DNA of 64,000 nucleotides, from assembly GCA_017411325.1 (NCBI GenBank), contig JAFQQJ010000040.1, positions 133,659 to 197,658 on the forward strand, in the 5' to 3' direction. Position numbers and translations under genes: made by a program. Below, one piece after another: positions 22,199 through 32,051 of the stretch. The notes under the pieces were generated by a model that saw nothing but the letters and a program-made list of their open reading frames with translations, did not search any database and was not told where the DNA came from. Each line of letters begins with the position of its first letter. Within the stretch, counting starts at the first letter, position 1. This stretch comes from Clostridia bacterium (GTDB lineage Bacteria > Bacillota > Clostridia > CAKSNL01 > HGM11501).

Positions 22199-24558
22199 TC
22201 ACCCCTTTCTGCTGCGTAGCCTTTAGCTTCTACAACTGTACCGTTTTCTGTCTGATACTCATTTTCAGTATAGTTTACATAAACAGACACGCCGTTATTA
22301 TAAGTGGTTTTATAAATACCCTCTTCGATTTTTTCGTGATTATCAATATCGGTACCTTCAACCATCTTCATTACTTCGGCATATGCCTTGTAATCTTCTA
22401 TCATATCGTCCTTCCACTGTGAGTAGTTACAGCTGTAAAGATACTTAAGATAGGTTTCCTTAAGACCTGTTGTTTCGCCGGCAACCAAACTGTAAAGAAG
22501 GCTTGATCCGCTTTCAACAGCATTAAGGATAATGTTTTCCGGGGTACTTGACATATTTACTGTTTCAGTTGTATATGTCTTATAGCCTCTTACCGCTATC
22601 TGATAGAAGGGTACTGCCTCGTCGGCAATTTCAACATATGTATCCTTTGAAGGAATATCAACAAGTATATCGGAATACAAAATGGCATATTCGCTGGGTT
22701 CTGCAGAAAGAAGGTTGATTGATCTTTCCTTGTAGCCCATTAAAATTTCTTCAAACTGATTTGCACACTCGCCTCTTGTATGTCCGTTCTTGTTGGCACC
22801 GTCGGAATATACCGTTCCGCCGATATTTTCAATGGAAACTGCTGTGATATTTGCGCTTTCGCATTTATCTGCAAACTTAAGTGCAGCTTCCTTTACTAAA
22901 GGAGCTTTTAAGAGACACCATCTTGAGCCCATATTAATGTGAGCCGAAATACCGCTGGACTGATATGCAGGTGCCTGGCTTGTATACTTTACGGAATCAG
23001 AAAGACGGCTGTAGCCGTTGCCGGATTCTGAGAAGTTAACAAAGTCAATATTCATATAAATGCTCATATTTTTGGAATCAAGATAGCTCTTGGTTTTCTT
23101 ATAGCCGTTCTTTCCGCCGATGGAGCCTTCAAAGTTAGGCTTAACCTGAACCTTTTTACGTCCGGATTTCTTTATCCAGTCGTTATATCTGAAGATAACA
23201 TTATCTACTCCGGCTTCCGTCATATCGTCGGAAATATTTCTGATGTCTTCATAGGTTGTCATAACCTCGAACTTATTCCAGGGAATACCGAGTATGCTTG
23301 TCTTCTTCTCAACGCCGGCATACATATCAAGGAGAAGAGCGCCTTCTCTGTAATCGTCGGCCTTTTTCATACCCTTTTCTTCAACAAGGTACTTACGGTA
23401 GCGCTTAGCCATTCCGACATAGGAGGCATCGTCACCGCTTAAGCAATAATACTTAACCTTGTAATTCTTTTCAAGGTCGCGAAGCTCCTGGCTCATAGGC
23501 TGAGCAGTTCCTTCCTTATCAGCGCCCTTAATAATCTTATGAAGGTATGAAGAATATACCTTGTTATAAGCTGTTTCATATCCGCTTACTTCTGCATTTA
23601 TAAAGGAAACAGATGCGTTATCGGCAACCACACCCATAAGTGCGTGTCCGTCATCCTTTACAGTTCCGAATACGGGAAGCATATAACGGTCGGAAGCCTT
23701 TCTGTTGTAATCCTCGGACTTGCTTTCCTTATAGTTTCCGAATACGGGAGCCGCATAAGGCTGAGTTATGTTGGAGCGGCCGTTATTCATATAGATAAGT
23801 GCGCCGCTTCCGTCGGGAATGAACATATAGCCGGATTCATTATAGCTTGTTGCGCCCATTGCAGGAAGAAGCTTGATTTCTGTAATATTATAGTCAACTT
23901 CCTGTTCAACCGTTTCACCTAAGTGACCTACAGCGATTTTACCCATTCTTGAGTAGCTTAAAAGCGCTTCTTCATCGTTAAGAAGTACTTCTGCAACAAA
24001 GGCATCACCTTCAAGAGAGTATCTTACGGGAACTACAAATTCCACTTCTCTGAATTTGAAAACGAACTTTACGGAATCATCTTCAACCTTGCAGGAAACC
24101 TTGTCGGAGAGAACACTTTCATAGTACATATTGGCATCAAAATAGTTGTAGCCCTGTGTGAAGGATACCGCTATCTGAGATTTTGTTCTGTAGAAAGCAT
24201 GACCTGATGCCTGACCGATGATATCGGCATCGTTTCCTATAGGATTACTGCGCCATACATAGCCTGAAGCCTTATCAAGAACCGCAACTTCACCCATACG
24301 CTTTTCCGCATTATCAGTGATTGCGTAAAGAGCAAGGCTGTCATTTTCTGTGATAAGAGTGAACTGAGGTTCAATGCTCGAGTTATCGGGAGTTTTCCCC
24401 GCCATCTCCGCCTTGAAGGAATTTTTCATTGCCTCGGTTAATGTAATTGTAGCCGTTGATTCTGTAGTTGCTTCCCCTTCTGTTGCCATAGCTGAAAAGC
24501 CCGTAAGAAGAGATACAAGGAGAGTAAGTATTAATAATATTGAAGTATATTTTTTCAT
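22195..24558 (-). CDS. large secreted protein of unknown function (possibly glycan-processing, resembles what I recall as DUF5696)
   Basis: 787 aa with the signal peptide MKKYTSILLILTLLVSLLTGFSAMA. I read no catalytic motif with confidence. It is embedded between permease genes. Confidence 0.5.
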   Translation of the reverse strand: MKKYTSILLILTLLVSLLTGFSAMATEGEATTESTATITLTEAMKNSFKAEMAGKTPDNSSIEPQFTLITENDSLALYAITDNAEKRMGEVAVLDKASGYVWRSNPIGNDADIIGQASGHAFYRTKSQIAVSFTQGYNYFDANMYYESVLSDKVSCKVEDDSVKFVFKFREVEFVVPVRYSLEGDAFVAEVLLNDEEALLSYSRMGKIAVGHLGETVEQEVDYNITEIKLLPAMGATSYNESGYMFIPDGSGALIYMNNGRSNITQPYAAPVFGNYKESKSEDYNRKASDRYMLPVFGTVKDDGHALMGVVADNASVSFINAEVSGYETAYNKVYSSYLHKIIKGADKEGTAQPMSQELRDLEKNYKVKYYCLSGDDASYVGMAKRYRKYLVEEKGMKKADDYREGALLLDMYAGVEKKTSILGIPWNKFEVMTTYEDIRNISDDMTEAGVDNVIFRYNDWIKKSGRKKVQVKPNFEGSIGGKNGYKKTKSYLDSKNMSIYMNIDFVNFSESGNGYSRLSDSVKYTSQAPAYQSSGISAHINMGSRWCLLKAPLVKEAALKFADKCESANITAVSIENIGGTVYSDGANKNGHTRGECANQFEEILMGYKERSINLLSAEPSEYAILYSDILVDIPSKDTYVEIADEAVPFYQIAVRGYKTYTTETVNMSSTPENIILNAVESGSSLLYSLVAGETTGLKETYLKYLYSCNYSQWKDDMIEDYKAYAEVMKMVEGTDIDNHEKIEEGIYKTTYNNGVSVYVNYTENEYQTENGTVVEAKGYAAERGE

Positions 24559-24575
24559 AATTTATCTCTCCTTTC

Positions 24576-26687
24576 TTATATAGCGAGCTTGTAGAACAAT
24601 TCATACATGATTGTTGTAACGAAGGTGGATACCTGGCTGTATAAAACTATCAGAAGCATCATAAGGAATACTATAATAAGCATACCTACCGCTGTCAACA
24701 ATGTCATAAGAATTGCCTTCTTTGTTGTGAATGTGTGAACAGTCATCATACCCATGAAAAGAAGTATAGCAGTCCATGCATAGCCAACGAAAAGTATTGC
24801 CGTAACAAATACTGCTTCATTCTGTACCATTACCTGGCTGATGATTGTTACAATGAATGCTGCCACTGTAGTCGGAATAAGTGCATAAGAAGCATAAATG
24901 AATATGTTCTTAAAGGTACCTTTACCGTCAACAAGTGTTGTGATTGCCCAGTTTGCAATACATCCTACAAGAAGAATACCTATTGTGGTTGCAAAAATCA
25001 TAAAGACATTCAGGTTGTTGATATTTGTGTCATTGAAGATATAGTCTTCATACTGACGCATAATAACAGCTGATGCATACCAGAGGAATGCGAATAAAAT
25101 TGCAAGAGGAAGCGATTCCTTCTTATTGTAACGCATTTCGCTCATACCTACGCTGGGATGAAGCATATTGTAGAAGGGATATTTCCACTTTGCCATTCCT
25201 GCATAACCGGTTTCTTCAAGTGTCTTGTAACCTATCTTAGCATAAATCTTTTTCTTGTTTTTGCTTAAAACAACCAGTATAACAACTGCCGCTATAATAA
25301 TACCCATTATCATAGCAAAGTTGTCCATTATGTACTGGCCTCTGTACTTTTCTCTTGCTTCTGAATAGCCTTCTCTGTCGTATGCAGCATGATAATGCTC
25401 CATCGCAGCAAGGTATTCACCCTGCAGATACTCAGCTCTTGCAATACCTCTGTATGCAAGCTCGGAGTTTGTATTGAGTTTAAGAACCTCGTGCCAGGGT
25501 TCTAATGCCTTTTCATATTCACCGTGCTCGTACATATATGAGCCGAGCATAATCTGTGAGCCGTAGTATGTGGGCTCAAGAACAGTAAGGTTATTTTTGC
25601 TTCCGTCAAGGATTAAAACCTTATCCCCTATTGTTTCGATAGCTGTGGGGTTTGAATACTGACCCAAGGTCTGCTCGTTTCCGCCGAAGATCATAAGAAG
25701 TTCGTTATCCTGATTGTATACGAACACCTTACAGAAGTTTCTGTCGAGAGCGTAAACGAAACCTTTTTCACTTACGTTAACGTCGATGAATGCCGCCTGC
25801 TCATATCCTGAGCCACCGCCACCGATATAAGCCTCGCCGTATTCGTTTCCGGCAAAAAGGTTGTTTCCTGCAGGGTTAACCTTTCTTATCTGATCCTCGT
25901 TTCTTAAGAAAAGAGTTGCAGTATATAAGAAGTCACCGTCAAGATACATATTGTCGAAGGGAACGGGCTGAATGGACATCATTTTCTCAATCTGCTCGTC
26001 ACTCATAAAGCTTCTGTAGAAGATAAGCTGTATAATGTCTGCAGTTACCGTTACGGCGTCTGTAGCGAAGAATCCGCCAAATTCACCGTTTTCTGCAATA
26101 ATCATTGCACCGTCTACGATGTTGTCCGCAAGAACATACATATCACCGGTTGCGGTTACTTCGATTTTCTTGGGACGGAAGATGAGATCGGTAGATACAA
26201 GGTCTGATACGGGCTTTCCGTAGCTTCTTTCTATTTTACCGTTCTGATCTATTACGATAACCCTTGCATTTTCTGTGTCGCACACATAAATTTCACCGTC
26301 GGGAGTTACGCAGATACCCTGGGGATTTTTAAGTGTTGTGGGGTTACCGTTTTCATCTGTGAAAGTGTCAATTATCTTGCTTAATTCAAGCTCGGGTGTA
26401 AGGATTATAATACGTCCGTTACCTGTATCCAATATATAAAGGAAGTCATTTACATCCACATACATATCGGAGGGGTTTTTGAGATATCCGGTTCCCCATT
26501 CAAATCCGTTATATGCTTCTTTCGGAAGATATCCGTTGGGAGCCGAAGCCTCGCCGTAATAGTTGTAGTTATAACCATAGTAAGGATCTTCCGCATAAAC
26601 AAGTAAGGAAGACGCTAAAATTGCAACTATGAGCATAAGGCAGGAAAGAAGTTTTGCCGCCTTTTTGATTTTTTTGTTAACAGCCAT
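24576..26687 (-). CDS. membrane protein fusing an NHL-repeat beta-propeller, TPR repeats and a C-terminal Yip1-like polytopic domain
   Basis: It has a signal anchor and NHL-like repeats (PSDMYVDVNDFLYILDTGNGRIIIL, PQGICVTPDGEIYVCDTENARVIVID). The TPR-like part is ALEPWHEVLKLNTNSELAYRGIARAEYLQGEYLAAMEHY. The C-terminal 230 aa contain 5-6 TM helices. Confidence 0.6.
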   Translation of the reverse strand: MAVNKKIKKAAKLLSCLMLIVAILASSLLVYAEDPYYGYNYNYYGEASAPNGYLPKEAYNGFEWGTGYLKNPSDMYVDVNDFLYILDTGNGRIIILTPELELSKIIDTFTDENGNPTTLKNPQGICVTPDGEIYVCDTENARVIVIDQNGKIERSYGKPVSDLVSTDLIFRPKKIEVTATGDMYVLADNIVDGAMIIAENGEFGGFFATDAVTVTADIIQLIFYRSFMSDEQIEKMMSIQPVPFDNMYLDGDFLYTATLFLRNEDQIRKVNPAGNNLFAGNEYGEAYIGGGGSGYEQAAFIDVNVSEKGFVYALDRNFCKVFVYNQDNELLMIFGGNEQTLGQYSNPTAIETIGDKVLILDGSKNNLTVLEPTYYGSQIMLGSYMYEHGEYEKALEPWHEVLKLNTNSELAYRGIARAEYLQGEYLAAMEHYHAAYDREGYSEAREKYRGQYIMDNFAMIMGIIIAAVVILVVLSKNKKKIYAKIGYKTLEETGYAGMAKWKYPFYNMLHPSVGMSEMRYNKKESLPLAILFAFLWYASAVIMRQYEDYIFNDTNINNLNVFMIFATTIGILLVGCIANWAITTLVDGKGTFKNIFIYASYALIPTTVAAFIVTIISQVMVQNEAVFVTAILFVGYAWTAILLFMGMMTVHTFTTKKAILMTLLTAVGMLIIVFLMMLLIVLYSQVSTFVTTIMYELFYKLAI

Positions 26688-26702
26688 TTATCTTCCCTCC
26701 TA

Positions 26703-27671
26703 TCAGTCTTTCATACCGGAGAATGCCATTGTTTCGATGACATTACTCTGTGTGATTACAAAGAATATAATCGGCGGTATCATAAGAATTAATGCAACGG
26801 CAGCAGCCGCACCCTGACGGGCAACGTTACCTACACCTGTCGCAGCATCAGCCGCATAAATCTGATTGAGCGCCGTGGGAAGCATCTTGAGTTCTTCCGA
26901 ATAGATGAAGTTATTACCTGTTGCATTCCAGATACCCTGGAAGGAGAAGATTGAAAGTGTAAGCCATGCGGGCTTTACGTTGGGCATTACAAGTCTCCAG
27001 AAAATGGTAAGCTCGTTTGCACCGTCAATCTTGGCAGCTTCAAGCATTGAATCGGGAATACCTCTCATAAACTGCTTCATAAGGAAGAGACCTAAGCTTC
27101 CTCCTACTGCGGGAAGAATGAGTGCCCAGTAAGTATTAACAAGACCAAGGAGTGCCATTACTACGTACTGAGGAACTGCCATTGTACCGCCGGTGAAAAG
27201 AAGTGTAATCTGTACAAGCTGGAACATTCCCTTTGAACCGGGGAACTTTGCTTTCTCAAGAGGATATGCTGCCATGGATGCCAGTATAACGTGACCAACG
27301 GTAACAGTTATACTTACAAACAAGCTGTTGAATACGTATCTTGAGAAGGGTACCCAAAGATCTGATGCCAGGTCAAACACCTGCTTGAAGTTGGCAAGTG
27401 TGGGCTGTACAACATAAAATCTGGGCGGGAAAATGAAGAGCTCGTTCAAGGGCTTGAACGCGTTTATTATTGAATAGTAAAGCGGTACGCCCATAAAGAG
27501 TGCCATCAATATAAGGAAGAATATTACGAAGAAGTCACCGCCGAGTGAACGGTTGATTCTTTTCTTCTTAGCCCTCATTCTTTTCGGAGGAACGTGTTCT
27601 CTTAAATGCTCCGGAAGTTCATTCATATTAACTTCGGTATTGCCTGAAGACATTATTGTATCTGTTGACAT
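26703..27671 (-). CDS. carbohydrate ABC transporter permease (MalG/LplC-like)
   Basis: It has the EAA loop MLEAAKIDGANELTIFWRLVMP and 6 TM helices. Confidence 0.85.
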   Translation of the reverse strand: MSTDTIMSSGNTEVNMNELPEHLREHVPPKRMRAKKKRINRSLGGDFFVIFFLILMALFMGVPLYYSIINAFKPLNELFIFPPRFYVVQPTLANFKQVFDLASDLWVPFSRYVFNSLFVSITVTVGHVILASMAAYPLEKAKFPGSKGMFQLVQITLLFTGGTMAVPQYVVMALLGLVNTYWALILPAVGGSLGLFLMKQFMRGIPDSMLEAAKIDGANELTIFWRLVMPNVKPAWLTLSIFSFQGIWNATGNNFIYSEELKMLPTALNQIYAADAATGVGNVARQGAAAAVALILMIPPIIFFVITQSNVIETMAFSGMKD

Positions 27672-27688
27672 ATTTTGTTCCTCCTCTC

Positions 27689-28627
27689 TTAGTCGTCTAC
27701 TCTGATGAGCTTAGCCATCAGGTTTCTTGTTACTATCATCATTATACAAAGCAGGAATGCAATTGCCGATGCATAACCCATTTCATAACGTGTTGTACCG
27801 TAGTCGTAGATATGGGTTTCTATTGTACGGAGAGAATAGTCCGTACTGGGGAAACCGCCGAGGGTTCGGCATATAGCACCTACACCGAAGGATGATGCAA
27901 TCTGCATTACGGCACCGAACATCATCTGAGGTCTCATTTCAGGAATTGTTATGTAAATAAGCTCCTGGAAACGGTTCTTAATACCGTCGATGGCACCCGC
28001 TTCAAAATAGCTCTTATCAAGGGACTGGAAGCCCGCGATAAAGGAAAGGAACGAAGTACCAAGGCTGAGCCACAGCTGGATAACGATAATAATTGCAACG
28101 TTATAGCTTGTATTTGTGAAGAACTGAATGGGAGTATTTATCCATCCCCACTTCAGCATATAGGAGTTTACAAGACCTGTGGAGTCACCGCTAAAGATGT
28201 AAAGCCAGATAGTGTAAACCGATGAACAGATTGAAGGAGCGTAGAACAAAAGTGTCATAAACGCTCTGATTTTGGGCGGTAATTCATTTACCAGCCATGC
28301 AAAGAGGAAACAGAGCACATAGCTTGTAGGTCCTAAAATAAAGGCAAACATCAAGGTGTTTTTAAGACCTATCATAAATATGTCATCCTCCAGGAAAAGT
28401 CTCTGGTAGTTAAGCCAGCCTCTCCACTCGGGAAATTCAAGAAGGTTAAAGTATGTGAAGCTTAATACCATCGAAGATATTACGGGGATAACCGTAAATG
28501 TCAGGAAGATGAGCATATACGGCGCAACCAGAAGATAGTTTGATTTGTTCTTTTTGATTTCAAGCCAGGTATTTTTTACATTTTCGTTAGGAAGACGATC
28601 GTCTTTCTTTTTCTTCTTAAAAAACAT
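27689..28627 (-). CDS. sugar ABC transporter permease (LplB/YteP-like)
   Basis: The N-terminus is KKKKKDDRLP...NKSNYLLVAPYMLIFLTFTVIPV and the EAA loop is YFEAGAIDGIKNRFQELIYITIPE. Confidence 0.85.
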   Translation of the reverse strand: MFFKKKKKDDRLPNENVKNTWLEIKKNKSNYLLVAPYMLIFLTFTVIPVISSMVLSFTYFNLLEFPEWRGWLNYQRLFLEDDIFMIGLKNTLMFAFILGPTSYVLCFLFAWLVNELPPKIRAFMTLLFYAPSICSSVYTIWLYIFSGDSTGLVNSYMLKWGWINTPIQFFTNTSYNVAIIIVIQLWLSLGTSFLSFIAGFQSLDKSYFEAGAIDGIKNRFQELIYITIPEMRPQMMFGAVMQIASSFGVGAICRTLGGFPSTDYSLRTIETHIYDYGTTRYEMGYASAIAFLLCIMMIVTRNLMAKLIRVDD

Positions 28628-28643
28628 TACTCACCCCTCCTTA

Positions 28644-31600
28644 TCAATATAATCCGAATTCTTCGTATTTTCTTGCAATTTCTTCATCGAGATCCTCGGC
28701 TCTTTCGGAAAGTGCCTTATAGGGGTTCTCCATTTCGATATAAGCATCGTTGAATGCAAGAGTTACTGTTCTGCCTGTGAAATAGCTTCCGGGAACCTCG
28801 GGCACACCGGTGAGGGCTTCCATCTGCTCGCTCAAAAGCTTAGTCTGCTGTCTTGTCCATGCAAGAGACTTGAATGCTTCAATGTTTGCTGCTGCATAAC
28901 GGCCTGCAGAACCCATAACGGATTCAAGCTCTTCGCCGTAACGTGTCTGCATTTCGTTTCTGTTGTACCATTCCATAAATGCCCAAGCAGCATCCTTATC
29001 CTTTGTGTTCTGGAACATTATGCATCCTGCAGAAGATACGTTCTGTCCGTTATCGATTGTTCCGTCCTCCTTCAAAGTTCCGGGAACCTTTGTCATATCC
29101 CAGAGTCCCTGAATTTCGGGGGCTGCCGCATTTATCATATTGAACTGTGCGTAGGGCTGAATAGATATGGGCATTTCACCGCTTCTGAATCTTGTATAGA
29201 AGTTAAAGGTAAGCGGGAAGTCATACTTTGTGAAACAGTCCGCAACTGTGATAAATGCCTTCTGTGCCTCGGGTGTTGTAAGACCTGATGCATGCTTATC
29301 TGCTGTGTAGTAGCTTCCGCCGTACTGATAAAGAAGAATCTGATACATTGTGGCGGCAGGAACACCAACCTCCAAGTTGTTTCTTCTTACAACAGGAAGA
29401 AGTGCGAAGAAGTCATCCCATGTTTCGGGAACACCAAGACCAAGCTGTGCAAGGATGTCCTTTCTGTAGAACATCATATTAAATGTCTGTGTTTCGGGAA
29501 TTGCATAGTATGCATAATACTTCTTATAATTACATGTTGTGCAGATACCGGTTGTGTTAACCGTTGCGCAGTTTTCGCATGTCCATGTTTCGCCTTCCAA
29601 AGCTGCCTCTTCATCTTTATGCTCATTCATTTGGAATGCAAAGGCTTCAAAGTTCTGATGCTGATATCTTCCGAATACATCAGTGAATCCTCTTACCTCA
29701 TGGGTCTGAGTTTTTCCGTTTTCATCGGTCCACTCAATTGTTTCTCCCTCAAAATCCGAAAGGTCAACAAGAGCATTACGGATAGCATAGTTAACAGGCT
29801 GGTCAGCTGCAATCATAAGTGCAACGTCAGGACCCTTTTTAGCAAGAGTTGCCTCAATCATATTACCCTGTACAAGCTCAAGCTGCACGTTTATGCCTGT
29901 CTTGGGAGTAAATTCGTCGTTAACCATATTGTTGATAATATTAATCTGGTCACGACCGGTATTTACCCATACCTTAACCTTTCTGCCTTCTCCGGATACA
30001 GCACCGATAATATCATAGTCTTCAAAGAAGGATGCAAAGAAAGACTTTGTACCTGCCCAGAAGCCCTTGAAGAAGCCTGCAGATGCTTTGTCAAGCTTAA
30101 GATCTTCTCCGCCTAAAACAAAGTAGTCAATCTTTATGGGCTGCTTCTTATTATCGATAATCCACTGGCTGATGGAAGCTATATTATTCTTGAAGGATTC
30201 AAGCAACTTATTGAATTCGTCGGGATCTTCAATCAGCACATCAAGCTGAAGAACGAAAGTTTCAAGTGTTGCGGTCTGGCTGGAGCCTGTACCTGTAACG
30301 GCAAGAATCTCTTCCTTTATATTGTTAAGTTCCTCTCTTGCCCACTTAAGGTCGCCCATCAATGTAGGTATGTTTCTGTCGTAATAATAGTCTCTGTACT
30401 GGTCAGGTGTAGTAGAAGCAAGCATTACTATATCAGAGTATACCTTGTTAAGTCTGTATACCGCTGTTGTAAGTCTGTCCACGATGGAAGCCATCTCACC
30501 AAGACTTACAGTAAGCTGAAGCTCGTGCGTACCCTTTTCAAGATATATGTAGTAAGGTTCGCCGTTTTCATCCTGCGGTCTTAAGAACTGCCAGGATGAA
30601 TCATAACCGAATCTTAAGTACTTCATTTCAGCGAAGGGATATTCGCCGTCAATTTTAAGGCTTCTTGTGGCAAACATTCCGACATAGTCACTCTGCTCAA
30701 ACTTTATAGCAAGCTGATAAAGTCCTGATTCGGGAGCATCGAATGTCCACTTGAGCCAGCTTCTTGCGCTTCCCCAGTTTGAACCGCCGGCAGCATTGAT
30801 TCTTGTCTTGCTGGTGTGGCTGGGCTCCATCTGAGGATTATTTCTCTCAGAAAGAGGATAAAGCGAAGAGTGCGAAAATTCACTTGCGGTTTCTGCCTGA
30901 ATCTTTATCTGTCCCGAAACAGGCTTATAACCCTTTTCGGCATATTCAGCAGCCACTTCTTTATAGCTCTTCGGCTGAATAAACTGAGTTATCCTTATAT
31001 CCGACATATAGAAAGGTTCGCCGACTGTTTCAAAGCGGATTGTATTTACACCTTCATTGAAAAGGAAATACAAAGGATCGTCAATAAGACCTGCAGAGTC
31101 AACAATCCACTCATTTCTCCACTTTATATCCTTGATCTGCTTAGGTCTCAGGTCATTGCCTCTGTCCTGAAGAAATTCCGCAGTTCTGTTTCCTTCCTCG
31201 TCAACGATAACCTTAAAGCCTTCTTCGTCATTTTTGAATCCACGGAAAGCCTGAATGGTCATTGCTTCGTTATACTGATACTCCCCGTTAACCGAAACTC
31301 CGAATTCAATATCATTTTTGATGGATTCATGGCTGCGTACCATATAGGCCATATTATAAAGTCCGGCAACAGGCACCGTAACCTCATACTCAACCCACTG
31401 TACATCTTCTGAAAATTCAACAACATCATTCACTCCGTCAACGGATTCTCTTGCGAAAATTCCATCAGAGCTGTTTGCACTTACGAAGGAAGATGCTGAA
31501 ATCAGAATTTCTCCCTCCGGTTTTGCTACGTTTGCATGCTTTTCTATGAAGTTAGCATACACATTGTTTCTGTCGTAGTCAAAATCAAGTGCCTCAAATG

Positions 31601-31703
31601 TAGTGCTTGCGCTGGCCTGAACATCCTGCACTCCGATTGCGGTAAATCCCGTTGCCGCAATAAGCATCGCAAGTATCAGAGCCGTAACTTTTCTTGCAGT
31701 CAT
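28644..31703 (-). CDS. giant extracellular solute-binding protein (two CBM-like beta-sandwich modules, a helical linker and an SBP domain)
   Basis: ORF 28644..31763. The ATG at 31703 (MTARKVTALILAMLIAATG) follows ACAGGAGG. The C-terminal 500 aa or so have the SBP family-1 layout (KVKVWVNTGRDQINIINNMVNDEFTPKTGINVQLELV...). The N-terminal 520 aa are non-SBP. Confidence 0.7.
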   Translation of the reverse strand: MTARKVTALILAMLIAATGFTAIGVQDVQASASTTFEALDFDYDRNNVYANFIEKHANVAKPEGEILISASSFVSANSSDGIFARESVDGVNDVVEFSEDVQWVEYEVTVPVAGLYNMAYMVRSHESIKNDIEFGVSVNGEYQYNEAMTIQAFRGFKNDEEGFKVIVDEEGNRTAEFLQDRGNDLRPKQIKDIKWRNEWIVDSAGLIDDPLYFLFNEGVNTIRFETVGEPFYMSDIRITQFIQPKSYKEVAAEYAEKGYKPVSGQIKIQAETASEFSHSSLYPLSERNNPQMEPSHTSKTRINAAGGSNWGSARSWLKWTFDAPESGLYQLAIKFEQSDYVGMFATRSLKIDGEYPFAEMKYLRFGYDSSWQFLRPQDENGEPYYIYLEKGTHELQLTVSLGEMASIVDRLTTAVYRLNKVYSDIVMLASTTPDQYRDYYYDRNIPTLMGDLKWAREELNNIKEEILAVTGTGSSQTATLETFVLQLDVLIEDPDEFNKLLESFKNNIASISQWIIDNKKQPIKIDYFVLGGEDLKLDKASAGFFKGFWAGTKSFFASFFEDYDIIGAVSGEGRKVKVWVNTGRDQINIINNMVNDEFTPKTGINVQLELVQGNMIEATLAKKGPDVALMIAADQPVNYAIRNALVDLSDFEGETIEWTDENGKTQTHEVRGFTDVFGRYQHQNFEAFAFQMNEHKDEEAALEGETWTCENCATVNTTGICTTCNYKKYYAYYAIPETQTFNMMFYRKDILAQLGLGVPETWDDFFALLPVVRRNNLEVGVPAATMYQILLYQYGGSYYTADKHASGLTTPEAQKAFITVADCFTKYDFPLTFNFYTRFRSGEMPISIQPYAQFNMINAAAPEIQGLWDMTKVPGTLKEDGTIDNGQNVSSAGCIMFQNTKDKDAAWAFMEWYNRNEMQTRYGEELESVMGSAGRYAAANIEAFKSLAWTRQQTKLLSEQMEALTGVPEVPGSYFTGRTVTLAFNDAYIEMENPYKALSERAEDLDEEIARKYEEFGLY

Positions 31704-31986
31704 TTTAAAACCTCCTGTACATTTTGTATCGCGCAGCCCGCCCGTAAACCCCTCTTTTACCAAAAAATGGTAAATTTGTGAGTATTTTACAAGCGTAAAA
31801 AGGCGTATATCATATTATACACTATATTGCACAAAAAATCAACACAAATTTTAGCAAATTTTAATTTTTTTTGGTTGTTTATTCTAAATAATTCTCAAAC
31901 TCTTTGCACATAATCAACAAAAAGCCCAACTATCGGTTCTTAATCGGTTCTCAAATGTAAACTTTTTATTATTTATCAAAATTCCC

Positions 31987-32015
31987 TTGAAAATTTGTCT
32001 GCAATTTGATATAAT
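31987..32015 (+). promoter_or_regulatory. sigma-A-type promoter for the DUF1385-prmC operon
   Basis: TTGAAA, a 17-nt spacer, then TATAAT, about 36 nt upstream of the ATG at 32052. Confidence 0.5.
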
Positions 32016-32051
32016 GTACAGGCTATTAAAGCAGTATGAAAGGAATTTATT

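Noticed and set aside
29292-31412. Plus-strand ORFs 29292..30116 (274 aa) and 30816..31412 (198 aa).
   Set aside because: Both are antisense to the giant solute-binding-protein gene, which has a signal peptide, an RBS and coherent domain content. The antisense translations have no recognisable features.
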